DNA of 64,000 nucleotides from Candidatus Peribacteria bacterium RIFCSPHIGHO2_01_FULL_55_13 (GCA_001788925.1 MFXS01000004.1:50464-114463); one strand, 5' to 3'. Positions 1 through 10,628 are shown, numbered from the stretch's first letter. Numbers and translations are program-made. The notes: generated by a model not told the origin, from the letters alone.

Positions 1-1
1 T

Positions 2-628
2 TGTGGGTTTGCGCAGATGATTTTTGTGAATGACGGGTCGAAGGATCGATCCCTGGAAATTCTCCGGTCCCTCGCACGCCCGGAGGACATCGTCGTTACC
101 AAGGAAAATGGCGGAAAAGGATCGGCCGTGCATATGGGCTATCGTTACGCGCAGGGGCACTACACCATCGTTCAGGATGCAGATCTCGAGTACAGCCCCG
201 AAGAGATTCCCGCACTTCTCCAGTTTGCAGAAGAGCATGATGCGGCTGCGGTTTTCGGCTCGCGGAGGCTCAAGAAGCAGAAGCAGTTCGTGCACCTCAC
301 GTTCTTCATCGGCGGCAGCCTGCTCACCGGGATCTGCAATATCCTGTACCGCACGCATCTCACCGACCAGCCGACCTGCTACAAGATGGTGCGCACGGAA
401 ATCCTCAAGACGTTCCCACTCAAAGAAAACGATTTCCGCTTCGACCCCGAGCTTACCGTCATGCTTGCGCGCCGCGGCGTTCCTATCCGCGAGTATCCCG
501 TCTCCTACCATCCGCGGTCTGTGGCGGAAGGGAAAAAGATCAACTGGAAGGACTGGTTTAAGTGGGTGTGGGTCTTTGCTTCCCTGCGGCTACGATCCAG
601 GCGCTATTTTGAGATCCATCGGGCATAA
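2..628 (+). CDS. glycosyltransferase family 2 (N-terminus upstream of window)
   Basis: Frame open to window edge; FVNDGSKDRS and DADLEY motifs typical of GT2/Dpm1-like enzymes; TAATG overlap with next gene. Confidence 0.8.
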   Translation, partial: CGFAQMIFVNDGSKDRSLEILRSLARPEDIVVTKENGGKGSAVHMGYRYAQGHYTIVQDADLEYSPEEIPALLQFAEEHDAAAVFGSRRLKKQKQFVHLTFFIGGSLLTGICNILYRTHLTDQPTCYKMVRTEILKTFPLKENDFRFDPELTVMLARRGVPIREYPVSYHPRSVAEGKKINWKDWFKWVWVFASLRLRSRRYFEIHRA

Positions 629-1995
629 TGGTCCCCATGCGCCGTACTCTCATCCTCGGTGGAAGCTGCCTGCTTCTTTTTATCCTCTGGCTTCCGGGGC
701 TCCGGTATCCGATCTTGAGCGATACGGCTTTCTACGCGTTTTTGGGAGAAAGCCTGTGGGTGCACGGCCGCTATGAACTGTTCGATATTCCGTACGCCAA
801 ACACTTGCCGCTGCACGCGTTTCTCTCATACCCGCTTATTCCGATGCTCGGGTTTTCCGTCGGGATGAAAACTGCGACGCTCCTTGCAGGCATGGGCACG
901 CTGCTTTTGACGTATCTGCTCCTTCGCGAAATTTTCTCGCCGCGTGTGGCGCTCATTGCCGTTCCGCTCGTCGCCGTTCATCACGGTTTTGTCCTGATGA
1001 CCATGCTCGGGTCCGCAGATCTACTTTTTACAGCACTCTTCCTTGCAGCACTCTATACGTACCTGCTCGCGGAAGAGGACCAGCGATGGTATCTGCTTTC
1101 CGGGGCGCTGCTCGGGCTTGCTTCACTCGCACGCTACAACGGCGTTCCTCTTTTTGGGGCGTTTGCATTGGCCCTTGTGCTCTGGCGCCGCGAAGACCTC
1201 CGTTCGTGGCATGCCTACGGAGGAGTCGCTCTGGGAGCTGCGATCTTTGGGCTCTGGCTGTATCGGAATTTCCGTGTGTTCGGGAACCCGCTCCATACCT
1301 CCTATACCGGAGAGCTTTCTGAGAGGACACCCAACGCTCTTCTTCAGATTGGGAAAAATTTCCTCTACTACCTCGATCCGTCGCACAACATTCTTCCGAT
1401 TCTCTTCGGCTTTGCGGTCTATGGAATCGTCAAAGAATGGAGAAAACAGAAAGTCGTGATCCTGTGGATCCTTGCAGTGTGGGTGCTTACGTCTTTCTGG
1501 TGGGTGCAGGCGATCCGGTTTGCGTTCCCCGCATACCCGATCCTCATCGGGTTTGGCATCGTCGGGATGCGTCATGCGCTCAAAAAAATCCCGCGATACC
1601 GGAAGCCGGCGCTGTGGCTTCTCGCAGCTGCAATCATCCTCAGCCATTTCGGCGCCCTCTGTCTCTATGGCTACGGCGCTTGCAACAGTCTCTTCGATCG
1701 GACGGTGGGACTGCTTCCCCAGAACCTCGGTCTCACGTCGGAGGGTCTCTATACTTGGCGACTGGCGCAGGAAGTCGCCAACGATCTTCTCCCCCAAAAC
1801 GCCATTTTTGTCTCCACCAGCATTGCACGCATCGAGAAGGAAGGGTTCTTCCGGCGTGATATCCGCATTGTGGAACCTGAAAGCGCGGAATGCCCGTATT
1901 ACCGCATCACGCAGGGGCCGCAATCTGGCGAGAGGCAGTTGTTTGTTACGAAAGCTCATCCGTTGACGTATGTGGTTCTGAAGGAATGCCAGTAA
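628..1995 (+). CDS. multi-pass membrane glycosyltransferase, ArnT/PMT (GT39/GT83)-like
   Basis: 455 aa, about 10 hydrophobic helices, composition and length as in dolichyl/undecaprenyl-phosphate-sugar dependent transferases; coupled to GT2 gene. Confidence 0.6.
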   Translation: MVPMRRTLILGGSCLLLFILWLPGLRYPILSDTAFYAFLGESLWVHGRYELFDIPYAKHLPLHAFLSYPLIPMLGFSVGMKTATLLAGMGTLLLTYLLLREIFSPRVALIAVPLVAVHHGFVLMTMLGSADLLFTALFLAALYTYLLAEEDQRWYLLSGALLGLASLARYNGVPLFGAFALALVLWRREDLRSWHAYGGVALGAAIFGLWLYRNFRVFGNPLHTSYTGELSERTPNALLQIGKNFLYYLDPSHNILPILFGFAVYGIVKEWRKQKVVILWILAVWVLTSFWWVQAIRFAFPAYPILIGFGIVGMRHALKKIPRYRKPALWLLAAAIILSHFGALCLYGYGACNSLFDRTVGLLPQNLGLTSEGLYTWRLAQEVANDLLPQNAIFVSTSIARIEKEGFFRRDIRIVEPESAECPYYRITQGPQSGERQLFVTKAHPLTYVVLKECQ

Positions 1996-2064
1996 CGATT
2001 TGCCATTGGCCATTTGCGATTTGCCATTGAAAAATGGCAAGTGGTAAATGGCCAATGGCAAATC
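1996..2064. repeat. 7-nt-periodic repeat module, inverted pair (GCGATTT/GCCATTG units)
   Basis: Arms 1996-2028 and 2034-2064 are about 26/31 complementary; exactly fills gap between convergent stop codons at 1995 and 2066. Confidence 0.85.
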
Positions 2065-2065
2065 A

Positions 2066-3124
2066 TCAACAGACATTTCTTAATCGTTCACATGTCTCAT
2101 CCATCCATGCCAGCGCCTCCGGTCTTTTAATCAGGTGTTCGTGATCCCTGCGTAATTTCTCCAGATCATTCCGGGAGGGCAGAGAGGGCAGGGGATAACG
2201 CTTTCCGCTGATTTTCTCTGCAAGCTCCTGGATGCAAGAGATCCCAAGCATTGCGGCGAGAATGCCATGGAGCATGTTGGCTCCCCAGCGCTCCACCGGC
2301 GCGCCATGGAAGTATTCCATCGTTTGTTCCGGCGTTTTGAAATAATTCAAAAGCATTACGCCGCCGCTCATGCCCGAAAATCCCGCGATGCATTCCGAGC
2401 GCTTCTTTTCCGGGAGTACGGGGCATCGGTAGCCTTTCGAAAGCAGGATCTCATTGGCTTTGTCGAACGTGTCATACCGCCTCAGGCCTGCTTTACTCGA
2501 ATGGGAATTGCCCTCGGCGGGTTTGAGGGAAAGGTGTTCCTTGTTGCAGAAGATATCCCGGTTGATCACCGTGCAGTAACTGCTGCTGGCTTCATATTCC
2601 TTGCCCGAGATCGTGTATTTCCATCGTCGTGGCCGGAAACTGAGTGATGCAGTCTGGGGGTCGCTGCATTCCCGTTCGATCAGCGGCACGATCCCAGGAG
2701 AAAGCAGGAAAATATCATCGTCGCAGATCCAGCCGAGCCGGCGGTTGCGCGCAATAGAGTACAGAAACTCGTCGCACTTTGTCGCTGCGTAGAAGTTCAG
2801 GAATTTCTGGACTCTGGCCCCGGGAAAATCCGCAGGATCCAGTTTTCCGGAGCAGTCGAAGATCCAGATATCCGCCTTGTCGCCCATAAATTTTTTCGCG
2901 CAGTGATACCACACCGTCATCATCGGCGGCAGGATGTTCATGGTGCAGAGCGCGGGCTTGTCCGATTTCTCCAGAGCCGGCCGCTTCAGGTAGTACGCGA
3001 TCGTCGGGAGGGCCGTCCTCCGTGCGCTGAGCACCGAAAACCGCTTGAAGGAGTATTGCAGGAGCTTGTGATAGGGGCGTTTCATAGGGTTCTGGCTTGT
3101 AGCGTAGCGTTTTTGGGCCGACAC
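2066..3124 (-). CDS. hypothetical protein, possible glycosyltransferase
   Basis: 352-aa ORF in glycan locus; CDDDIF acidic motif resembles DxD; start could be M14 (3085). Confidence 0.5.
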   Translation of the reverse strand: MSAQKRYATSQNPMKRPYHKLLQYSFKRFSVLSARRTALPTIAYYLKRPALEKSDKPALCTMNILPPMMTVWYHCAKKFMGDKADIWIFDCSGKLDPADFPGARVQKFLNFYAATKCDEFLYSIARNRRLGWICDDDIFLLSPGIVPLIERECSDPQTASLSFRPRRWKYTISGKEYEASSSYCTVINRDIFCNKEHLSLKPAEGNSHSSKAGLRRYDTFDKANEILLSKGYRCPVLPEKKRSECIAGFSGMSGGVMLLNYFKTPEQTMEYFHGAPVERWGANMLHGILAAMLGISCIQELAEKISGKRYPLPSLPSRNDLEKLRRDHEHLIKRPEALAWMDETCERLRNVC

Positions 3125-3138
3125 TGCTCGCGGTTCCC

Positions 3139-4188
3139 ATGCTTACCGCCTACACGCGCCGGCTTCCGGGTGTCCCGCTCATACCGCTTCTGTATCCGAA
3201 CTTCGGAAAGGAGGAGCGTGATGCGATTCTCTTCATGAATAACGCGTTCCGGGAGATCCGAGAACCGTTCGTTGCGGTCACCGACGATCCCGCGAAAGCC
3301 GATGTCCTTCTCCTTGCTCATAACTTCTCCACGCTTCGGAAGCGACCAGAGTATGTTGCGGAATTCGAAGAGCTCAGCAAGAAACACGGAAAAAAGGTCG
3401 TCGTCTTTTGGCACGGTGATCGACCCGATCGGGTACCACTCTCCAATGTCATCGTCTTTCGGACGTCCATGTATGACCACTGCCGCCGCCCGGAAGAAAT
3501 CGCGATGCCGGCGTACAGCGAAGATCTGCTTCAGGGTGAAGCACTGCAGATTCGAAAAAAAGGGGAGAAGCCCGTTATCGGTTTTTGCGGATGGGCGGAC
3601 TATCGAAGCCTCAAAAACCGTTTCGGCACGTATGCGCTCAATGCTGCAGTTGATCTACGTGCGGCTTTGGGTCGGCGTCCTGTGCTTCGAAGCAAGCGCA
3701 AAGGGCTCAGCTTCCGTCGTGAGGCGATCCAGGCATTGGAGCATCAGAATCAGGTCACGACGAACTTCATTATCCGCAGCAGCTACTCCGGTCACAGCAA
3801 TACCATCGCCCTAGATCCCGAAACGGCGCGCAGGGAATACCGGGAGAATATGCTTCAGTCCGACCTGGCGCTTGTCGTCAAAGGCGACGGGAACTTCTCC
3901 TATCGCTTTTATGAAGCACTCAGTCTCGGGCGCATTCCGCTTCTCATCGATACCGACTGTGTGTTGCCGTGCAGCGATCGCCTCGATTACGACGCGTTCA
4001 TATTCCGCGTCCCATTCCAAAATATCGATCAGTTGCCGCAGCTGGTGGGGGAGTGGTGGGGCAGGCTCACCGATGAAGGATTCGCTGCCATGCAGAAAAA
4101 GGCGCGGGAGGCGTATGAGGAACATCTCTCCGTGCCGGCGTTTCTGCAATCTGTCCCAGAATTGATCACACAAACACCAAAAACTTGA
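3139..4188 (+). CDS. exostosin-like (GT47-type) glycosyltransferase
   Basis: C-terminal LVVKGDGNFSYRFYEALSLGRIPLLIDTD resembles exostosin-family signature. Confidence 0.55.
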   Translation: MLTAYTRRLPGVPLIPLLYPNFGKEERDAILFMNNAFREIREPFVAVTDDPAKADVLLLAHNFSTLRKRPEYVAEFEELSKKHGKKVVVFWHGDRPDRVPLSNVIVFRTSMYDHCRRPEEIAMPAYSEDLLQGEALQIRKKGEKPVIGFCGWADYRSLKNRFGTYALNAAVDLRAALGRRPVLRSKRKGLSFRREAIQALEHQNQVTTNFIIRSSYSGHSNTIALDPETARREYRENMLQSDLALVVKGDGNFSYRFYEALSLGRIPLLIDTDCVLPCSDRLDYDAFIFRVPFQNIDQLPQLVGEWWGRLTDEGFAAMQKKAREAYEEHLSVPAFLQSVPELITQTPKT

Positions 4189-4552
4189 AGAGCAGAAAGT
4201 TCCACGACGCCCCGAGCCCCATCGTGATGATCTTGCTCCACTCTTCGCCGAGTGCCGTGTGCTCCACGAGCACAAAAAGGAGGATATTGGTGGCTAGGAG
4301 ATTGAACATTTCGACCGAGAAATGCCGTTGAAGATGTTTCATAAAGTCATCCGGTTTTTTGAAAACAATGTATTTATGGAGCGTGAATGTGGTGATGTAA
4401 CTGAGCACGAACGCGACGACCGATGCGCCGATGTACCACGTGCCCCAGTGCAGGAGCAGGAGATACGTCGTGAGCTCCACAACCGCTCCGGTTCCACCAC
4501 TCAGGATATACAGGAGAATTTGTTTCGCATGATGGCGGAAGAGAGGATTCAC
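4166..4552 (-). CDS. GtrA family membrane protein
   Basis: 128 aa, 4 TM helices, SGGTGAVVELTTY and WNFLLFKFLVF motifs typical of GtrA. Confidence 0.75.
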   Translation of the reverse strand: MNPLFRHHAKQILLYILSGGTGAVVELTTYLLLLHWGTWYIGASVVAFVLSYITTFTLHKYIVFKKPDDFMKHLQRHFSVEMFNLLATNILLFVLVEHTALGEEWSKIITMGLGASWNFLLFKFLVFV

Positions 4553-4572
4553 CGGTGCATTCTGCGGTGCCG

Positions 4573-5541
4573 TTACGCGCTCTGCAACTCCACAATCTTC
4601 CCGGCAAGCGCATGTGCGTCTCCTGCCGGCACAAGATAGATGCCCTGGCCCTCTTTGTATCGTTCATGAATCGCCGGGGTATCGGCGGTGATCACGGGCA
4701 CGCGACACGCCATGCATTCGATGACCTTATGAGGGATCACGCGCTTCGTTTTCTCTCCGGTACCAAAAATACCAAGCGTGACATCCGCATCGCGGATGAT
4801 GGTCGGTAGATCTTTGAGCGGTGCGAAGGGCTTGAAGGTGACATTCTGGAGCTTCCATTCCGTCGCGAGAAGCCGCATCTCCCCGTACGTCTGCCCGCCG
4901 CCAATGAGGGTGAAATGAACCCGGGCATGCTTGTCTTGTAGGATTGCAGCCGCCTTCAGAATCACATCGATCCCTTGTAGCGGTATGTAACTTCCATAAA
5001 AGAGCACCTCAAACGTCTCTCCCCGCATATGCCGGTGATGCGGGTCCGGACGGAAATACTCCGGCGCTTCCAGATACACCACCGTGATATCCGCTGGGTG
5101 GATGCGGAAAGCGCGGCTGAAGTACTCCTTGTGCACCTTGGTATCGATCAGGATCTCATCAGCAAGATGGCAGTCGACGAAATCCGTGAGCCAGATGCAC
5201 CATGCTACGGGATTTCCTGGATGTACTTTCTTGCGGTCGGTGACGAGCGTGTCGTATGCGGAGATAAACGCATCAAAGACCAGAATTTTTCGGGGGAATC
5301 GAGTCAGTAACCACGCAAGCCACACCAGATGATGCCCGGGGAACGTGACCACGACGGTCTTGCAACTCTTTCTGTGCGTGCGGAATTGCCGCACAAGATC
5401 GCGGCATTTGGGTAGGAAGCCTTTTCGTGACGTGCGACATTCCACGATCGTTTTCCCCTTACGTTCATAATGCTTGCGCACGGTAAGGTGCCGCGGGGCA
5501 TGCAGGTCATGGAAACCGAACATGAGGACAGATGACTGCAT
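4573..5541 (-). CDS. glycosyltransferase, GT1/GT4-like
   Basis: C-terminal GT-B motif (IFGTGEKTKRVIPHKVIECMACRVPVITADT); start may be M7 (5523). Confidence 0.7.
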   Translation of the reverse strand: MQSSVLMFGFHDLHAPRHLTVRKHYERKGKTIVECRTSRKGFLPKCRDLVRQFRTHRKSCKTVVVTFPGHHLVWLAWLLTRFPRKILVFDAFISAYDTLVTDRKKVHPGNPVAWCIWLTDFVDCHLADEILIDTKVHKEYFSRAFRIHPADITVVYLEAPEYFRPDPHHRHMRGETFEVLFYGSYIPLQGIDVILKAAAILQDKHARVHFTLIGGGQTYGEMRLLATEWKLQNVTFKPFAPLKDLPTIIRDADVTLGIFGTGEKTKRVIPHKVIECMACRVPVITADTPAIHERYKEGQGIYLVPAGDAHALAGKIVELQSA

Positions 5542-5561
5542 CGCGGTTTATACTAGCATCC

Positions 5562-6716
5562 ATGCGCATCACCTACGTCACACATACGCGCTTTCCCACC
5601 GAAAAAGCTCATGGCTACCAGGTGGCTCAGGTGTGCCATGCCATGGCCGCCCTGGATCATGAAGTGACTCTTGTCACGCCGACCGTAGGAGTGGCACCGG
5701 CCGAGAGCGCTTTCCGTTTTTACGGAATCCCGGAGTCTTTCTCCATCTTGCGGCTCCAGCAGTTTGATGCGCTCAGCTCCTCATTCGTTCCGGGGCAGCT
5801 GGCGTTTGCGGTTGCCATGATTTCCTACCGATACGCGCTCAAAAAATATTTCGCCTCGTCCAGGGCGGATCTTCTGTATGTCCGTTCCCCCGTGCTTCTC
5901 CCCGCGCTTCTCGCAACAAAAATTCCGATCATTCTGGAACTGCATACGCTCCCAAGGTTTTTCCGTCAGCGCTTCGTGCGCATGACCAATCGGTGCCGTC
6001 TGGTTATTTGCCTGACGCGTGCGATGCGCGAAGAGCTGCTTTCGTGGGGGTGCGATGCCCGAAAAATCCTCGTAGAAGCAGACGGGGTGGATCACGAGCG
6101 GTTTTATAACCTGCCGCCCGCGAATCTCGCGAAGCAGGATTGGTCGCTGCCGCAGGACCGGACGGTCGTGGGATACATCGGATCCCTCGTTACGCGCGAT
6201 ACGCTGGAGAAGGGAGTGGCCGAACTGATCGACGCTGTCGCCTTACTCCACAAAGCAGGTTCGCCCGTGTTCTGCTGGATCGTCGGTGGCCCCGGCCCCT
6301 GGGTGAAGACCTATAAGCGCAGGGCGGAGGAACAAGGGCTCACGGCCAATGATATCCGTTTTCAGGGGATGATTCCTGTCCGCAAGGTGCCCTCGGCGAT
6401 CGCCGCATGCGATGTCTGCGTCTATCCCGCGCCGAAGAGCAAGCATCCTTACTTCCTCCGAGACACATCACCGCTCAAATTGTTCGAGTATCTGGCTGCC
6501 CGCAAACCGATCGTCTGCGCGGATCTTCCGCCTATTCGTGATGTCGTGAATGAGCGTGTCGTGCATTTCTGTGCACCCGGTGATCCTGCAAGCCTCGCCC
6601 AAGGCATCACTTCCGCCATCGAGTATCCGCTAAAAAGCGCCGAAGAACGCGCGAACATCGTTCATCGGCATTCGTGGAACCAGAGGATGGAAAGAATACT
6701 GACCGAAGCGATTTAA
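5562..6716 (+). CDS. glycosyltransferase family 4
   Basis: MRITYVTHTRFPTEKAHG N-terminus and C-terminal LKLFEYLAARKPIV (E-x7-E-like) motif; ORF track start 5532 trimmed. Confidence 0.75.
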   Translation: MRITYVTHTRFPTEKAHGYQVAQVCHAMAALDHEVTLVTPTVGVAPAESAFRFYGIPESFSILRLQQFDALSSSFVPGQLAFAVAMISYRYALKKYFASSRADLLYVRSPVLLPALLATKIPIILELHTLPRFFRQRFVRMTNRCRLVICLTRAMREELLSWGCDARKILVEADGVDHERFYNLPPANLAKQDWSLPQDRTVVGYIGSLVTRDTLEKGVAELIDAVALLHKAGSPVFCWIVGGPGPWVKTYKRRAEEQGLTANDIRFQGMIPVRKVPSAIAACDVCVYPAPKSKHPYFLRDTSPLKLFEYLAARKPIVCADLPPIRDVVNERVVHFCAPGDPASLAQGITSAIEYPLKSAEERANIVHRHSWNQRMERILTEAI

Positions 6717-6746
6717 GGGGAATAAGGGATGTAAGGGATAATCCCT

Positions 6747-7178
6747 TTGTCCTACAATCCTTCTATGTCCGATCTCAAGACCATCACCGCCCACGGCCGT
6801 ACGCTTGCGATCATCGGCAAGAAACCGAAAGTCGACGGCATCAAGTTCGTCACGGAACCCCAAGATCCTTTTCAGGTCGGCATTATGGAGCGCCCGAAGG
6901 GATACGAGGTGAAGCCGCATAGGCATCCCGACCGACCGATCACCGTGGAATCCGTCAGTGAATTTTTCTACGTAGAGAAGGGCAAAGTCCGTCTCACGGT
7001 CTTTGATGATCAGTGGAATCCCGTCGGCAAAGAGGAAATCGGAGCGGGGGAGTTTGCCCTGATCCTTGGCGGCGGGCATGGTGTGGAATTCCTTGAAGAC
7101 ACGCGGATGCATGAAGTGAAACAGGGCCCCTACCCCGGAGACTCCGGTTCGAAGGAATTCTTCCGAGCGATCGCATGA
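6747..7178 (+). CDS. cupin-fold protein, WxcM/FdtA-like sugar isomerase or epimerase candidate
   Basis: 143 aa, HRHPD and GGGHGVEF cupin-like motifs; sits in NDP-sugar locus. Confidence 0.5.
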   Translation: MSYNPSMSDLKTITAHGRTLAIIGKKPKVDGIKFVTEPQDPFQVGIMERPKGYEVKPHRHPDRPITVESVSEFFYVEKGKVRLTVFDDQWNPVGKEEIGAGEFALILGGGHGVEFLEDTRMHEVKQGPYPGDSGSKEFFRAIA

Positions 7179-7648
7179 CTCCCGAGGAAGTACAACAATT
7201 GGAAGCGTTGCTCAAAAAACTACGCACAGAAGATCTTCTGCCGCCGAAGACACCTCTTCCTGTCTGGAAAGCAATCCACGGTATCGTGCCGGTTCCGTGT
7301 GTTGAAGTGATTGTCACGACGACCGGCAAGGATTTTCTGCTGACGCATCGCAAGGACGCGGATTGGAACGGCTGGCATATTCCGGGCGGCTACCTGCACT
7401 ATCGCGAATCCATCGAAGATGGTTGCAAGCGGATCGCACGTGAAGAACTTGGCATCTCAGTGGTGTTCGAGAAAGTCATCGACACCTACATGTGGCCCGA
7501 TCATCCCTATAGCAGTGCTCTCTCGCTTGTGTGCATCTGTACAACGTCGGAAAAACCCGAGGTGGGGGAATTCTTCACAGAGATCCCAAAAGAAATCATT
7601 AAGCATCACGGGGATTTTTTGCAGAAATTCCTTTCGATGGAGGATTAA
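7175..7648 (+). CDS. NUDIX hydrolase (GDP-mannose mannosyl hydrolase-like)
   Basis: Nudix box GGYLHYRESIEDGCKRIAREELG; adjacent to gmd as in GDP-sugar loci. Confidence 0.75.
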   Translation: MTPEEVQQLEALLKKLRTEDLLPPKTPLPVWKAIHGIVPVPCVEVIVTTTGKDFLLTHRKDADWNGWHIPGGYLHYRESIEDGCKRIAREELGISVVFEKVIDTYMWPDHPYSSALSLVCICTTSEKPEVGEFFTEIPKEIIKHHGDFLQKFLSMED

Positions 7649-8622
7649 CATTTCCCCATCGCCTCTTTTTCAATCTTCATATCCGCCTCGACCATAATCT
7701 TGATCAGATCCTTGTACTTCACCTTCGGTTCATACCCGAAGGTTTTCTTCGCCTTGCTGTAATCTGCAATCAACGTGCTCGTCTTTCCAGGACGGAAGAA
7801 CTTCTGGTCGATGACCACGTGATCTTTCACCTTGAGTCCGAGCTGCGCGAATGTCTCCTCCAAAAATTGCTCTACGGATACTGCTTCTCCCGTGCCGATG
7901 ACAAAATCATCAGGCTCATCAAGCTGGAGAATGTTCCATGCTGCTTCCATGAATTCGCCTGCAAACCCAAAGTCGAGTTTGGCGCTTAAATCGCCGAGCC
8001 GGAGTTCCTTCTGAAGACCAAGCGAGATCCGTACAGCAGACTTTGTGATTTTGCGTGTGACATAGGAATCCGTCCTGCGCGGCGATTCATGGTTGAAGAA
8101 GATCGCCGTGGAAGCAAAGAGCTTGTGGACGTTGCGATAGTACTTTGTCAGCGACCACGCGTAGGTCTTCGCACAGGCGTAGGGGCTCTGGGGATTCAGT
8201 GGAGTCTCCTCGTTTTGCTTTACGGTATCCGTCAGACCGAACATGTTACTGGTCAGCGGTTGAAAGAAGCGGATGGTGGGATCCACGGCCCGGATGATCT
8301 CCAGTACTCTGCCCGGCGCACTTCCGGTGATATCAGAAGCGTAATCCGGCAGATCGTAACTCCAGCCGGCATGGTCCTGGTCCGCTTCGTTGTAGATTTC
8401 CTGAGGACGGACAGAACTGATGGCACGGAGAAGGGAGGTGGCATCGGCGAGATCACCGCGGTGCAGCGTGATCTTTTCGAGAAGATGGTCGATGTTTCGG
8501 GTGTTTCCTGTCGCCGAACGACGGAGAAGGCCGTGTACCTCGTACCCCTTACTGAGCAGGAACTCTGCAAGGTAGCTTCCGTCTTGGCCGGTTATGCCGA
8601 GGATGAGCGCTTTCTTCGTCAT
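7645..8622 (-). CDS. gmd: GDP-mannose 4,6-dehydratase
   Basis: LILGITGQDGSYLAEFLLSKGYEVHG, SPYACAK and FNHESPRR match Gmd closely; start set at MTKK (ATGA overlap with upstream gene). Confidence 0.93.
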   Translation of the reverse strand: MTKKALILGITGQDGSYLAEFLLSKGYEVHGLLRRSATGNTRNIDHLLEKITLHRGDLADATSLLRAISSVRPQEIYNEADQDHAGWSYDLPDYASDITGSAPGRVLEIIRAVDPTIRFFQPLTSNMFGLTDTVKQNEETPLNPQSPYACAKTYAWSLTKYYRNVHKLFASTAIFFNHESPRRTDSYVTRKITKSAVRISLGLQKELRLGDLSAKLDFGFAGEFMEAAWNILQLDEPDDFVIGTGEAVSVEQFLEETFAQLGLKVKDHVVIDQKFFRPGKTSTLIADYSKAKKTFGYEPKVKYKDLIKIMVEADMKIEKEAMGKC

Positions 8623-9884
8623 GGAACCACGCGGAATTGCGGGAGAGGGACGATAAACTGTCCGCCGCCCTTGCGCCACTGTTCTTCCCGCTTATAGAAC
8701 TCGTCGAAGAATGCGTAGGGCAGGACCAGGAAGTAATCGGGCTGGGCTTTTCTTGCTTCGTCTTCGGAAACGATCGGAATGCCGGTGCCGACAGTGAATT
8801 TCCCCCACTTTTCGGGACTGCGCTCCGCGGCGGCTTCGATCACCGTGTGATCCAGTCCGTAGTACTGCAGGATCGTATTGCCTTTCGTGGAGGCGCCATA
8901 GACCCACACACTTTTTCCTTTGGCGACGGCATCTTTTATAAACTCCACGCATTGGCGCTTGCTCTCCTCGATGCGCGCGAAGAATGCGGCATGCACTTCC
9001 CTGGAGTCGATGCCTTGTTCTTCCTTGCGGTACTGTGCCAAGCGCTCCGCAGCTCCCGCGGACATCACCGGGGGATGCCCATCCTTTAAGCCCGCATACA
9101 CACGGTAGCTGCCGCCGTTCACTTTGTTGTGCTCGATATCAATCAACGTGAGACCATTCTTCTCGAGCAGGAATTCGAGGGATTTGAGCGAGTAGAACTC
9201 CAGATGTTCATGGCAGATGTTGCCCACGTCATTGGTATCAAGCATGTTTTTCAGGCACATCAGCTGCGCGATGAAGACGCCGTCGTCCTCCAGGCAGAGT
9301 GCCGCATCGCGAATGAACTGGTTGGGATCTTCCATGTCATAAAACATGCCGATAGCAGTGATCACCTTTGCCTTCTTCGCGCCTGGGATGGCCTTCTCAT
9401 AATTTTCCTTCGTCCAAAAATCGTTGATGAAATAGTCGAGACCTTTCCTGCCTTCCTCAGCGAGGTTCGACGCGGGTTCCACGCCCACTTTGACGATGCC
9501 GGGCACGACATAGGTTCGAAGCATCGTGCCGTCGTTGCTGCCGATATCCATCACGATGTCTCCCGCCTTCAAATTCACGCGTTGCTCAATGCTTTCGGTG
9601 ATATTCCGAAGCGCTTTCTTCATCGTGTCGGTCACGCCGGAGCGATACCAGTAAAAGCGAGCATAGAGCAGCTCCTGAGGAGCGGTATCGCGCAGCTGTA
9701 CGAGCGAGCAGTGTTCGCACATCACCATTTCAAGCGGTGCCTTGATTCCTTGATCCGTCTTCTCCACGAAATCCGACACATACAGATCGCCCAGCGTATA
9801 CAGCGGGCTGATCTCCTTGGAACCGCATACGCGGCAGCGGGAGATCGTTGTATAGGCGGTGGTGTTTCCTTGTGCGGGATTCAT
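8619..9884 (-). CDS. NDP-hexose C-methyltransferase (TylCIII/EvaC-like)
   Basis: N-terminal Zn-ribbon CRVCGS...CEHCSLVQL, SAM motif VMDIGSNDG, long C-methyltransferase C-terminal domain. Confidence 0.8.
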   Translation of the reverse strand: MNPAQGNTTAYTTISRCRVCGSKEISPLYTLGDLYVSDFVEKTDQGIKAPLEMVMCEHCSLVQLRDTAPQELLYARFYWYRSGVTDTMKKALRNITESIEQRVNLKAGDIVMDIGSNDGTMLRTYVVPGIVKVGVEPASNLAEEGRKGLDYFINDFWTKENYEKAIPGAKKAKVITAIGMFYDMEDPNQFIRDAALCLEDDGVFIAQLMCLKNMLDTNDVGNICHEHLEFYSLKSLEFLLEKNGLTLIDIEHNKVNGGSYRVYAGLKDGHPPVMSAGAAERLAQYRKEEQGIDSREVHAAFFARIEESKRQCVEFIKDAVAKGKSVWVYGASTKGNTILQYYGLDHTVIEAAAERSPEKWGKFTVGTGIPIVSEDEARKAQPDYFLVLPYAFFDEFYKREEQWRKGGGQFIVPLPQFRVVP

Positions 9885-10612
9885 GAAGATGGCGTTCTCC
9901 CGCGCATTCTAATGCGGATTACCCGCCACGCATAGTTCACTGCGAGGCGGAAAAAGACGCGGAGGCTACCGTCAGTTTTGGAGACTCCCGCCTGCCGAAG
10001 CCCGTACCGGTACGGCACTTCGACGATGCTCACATTCTTTTCAAGACACGCATACACCCACTCCACGAAGTATTCACCGAAACCGTCGGGAGAGAGAGGT
10101 ACTTTTTGGAGTGTTTCTCTCCGCGCGGCGGCGAAGCCGGATGTCCAGTCCCAGAATGAAAAATGCCCCAGCACTACTCGGGTGTAGAAGTTGAAGACAT
10201 AGCTTAGAAACGCCCGGAAGCGGTGCCTGGTGTCCAAGCCACCCTTCACATAGCGCGATCCCACCGCTACTTCGTACTCATCCAGTCTCTCGACCAGTTT
10301 CACAATATCTTCCGGCGGGATGCCAAGATCACAATCCAGCCACACCACATATTTCCCTTTTGCCGCCTTCGTGCCATCCGAAAGTGCAGAGGCCAATCCG
10401 CGCTTGTCCATGCGTCGCATCAGACGGCAGCGGGGATTACCCAGTTTCTCCACCACTTCCCAGGTGCGGTCTGGGCTGTTGTCATCCACCACGATAATCT
10501 CAAGCAGGCCAGTGCCCAATGCGGAAGCCGTGCGCTCGATGGCGTCTTTGATATTGTCCCGCTCGTTATACGAGGGAATGACGACGGAAATGCTGGAAGG
10601 TTCAGGAATCAT
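9881..10612 (-). CDS. glycosyltransferase family 2 (polyprenol-phosphate sugar synthase-like)
   Basis: SVVIPSYNERDNI, VVDDNSPDRT and LDCDL motifs. Confidence 0.8.
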   Translation of the reverse strand: MIPEPSSISVVIPSYNERDNIKDAIERTASALGTGLLEIIVVDDNSPDRTWEVVEKLGNPRCRLMRRMDKRGLASALSDGTKAAKGKYVVWLDCDLGIPPEDIVKLVERLDEYEVAVGSRYVKGGLDTRHRFRAFLSYVFNFYTRVVLGHFSFWDWTSGFAAARRETLQKVPLSPDGFGEYFVEWVYACLEKNVSIVEVPYRYGLRQAGVSKTDGSLRVFFRLAVNYAWRVIRIRMRGRTPSS

Positions 10613-10628
10613 GATGGGCGGAAGGGGA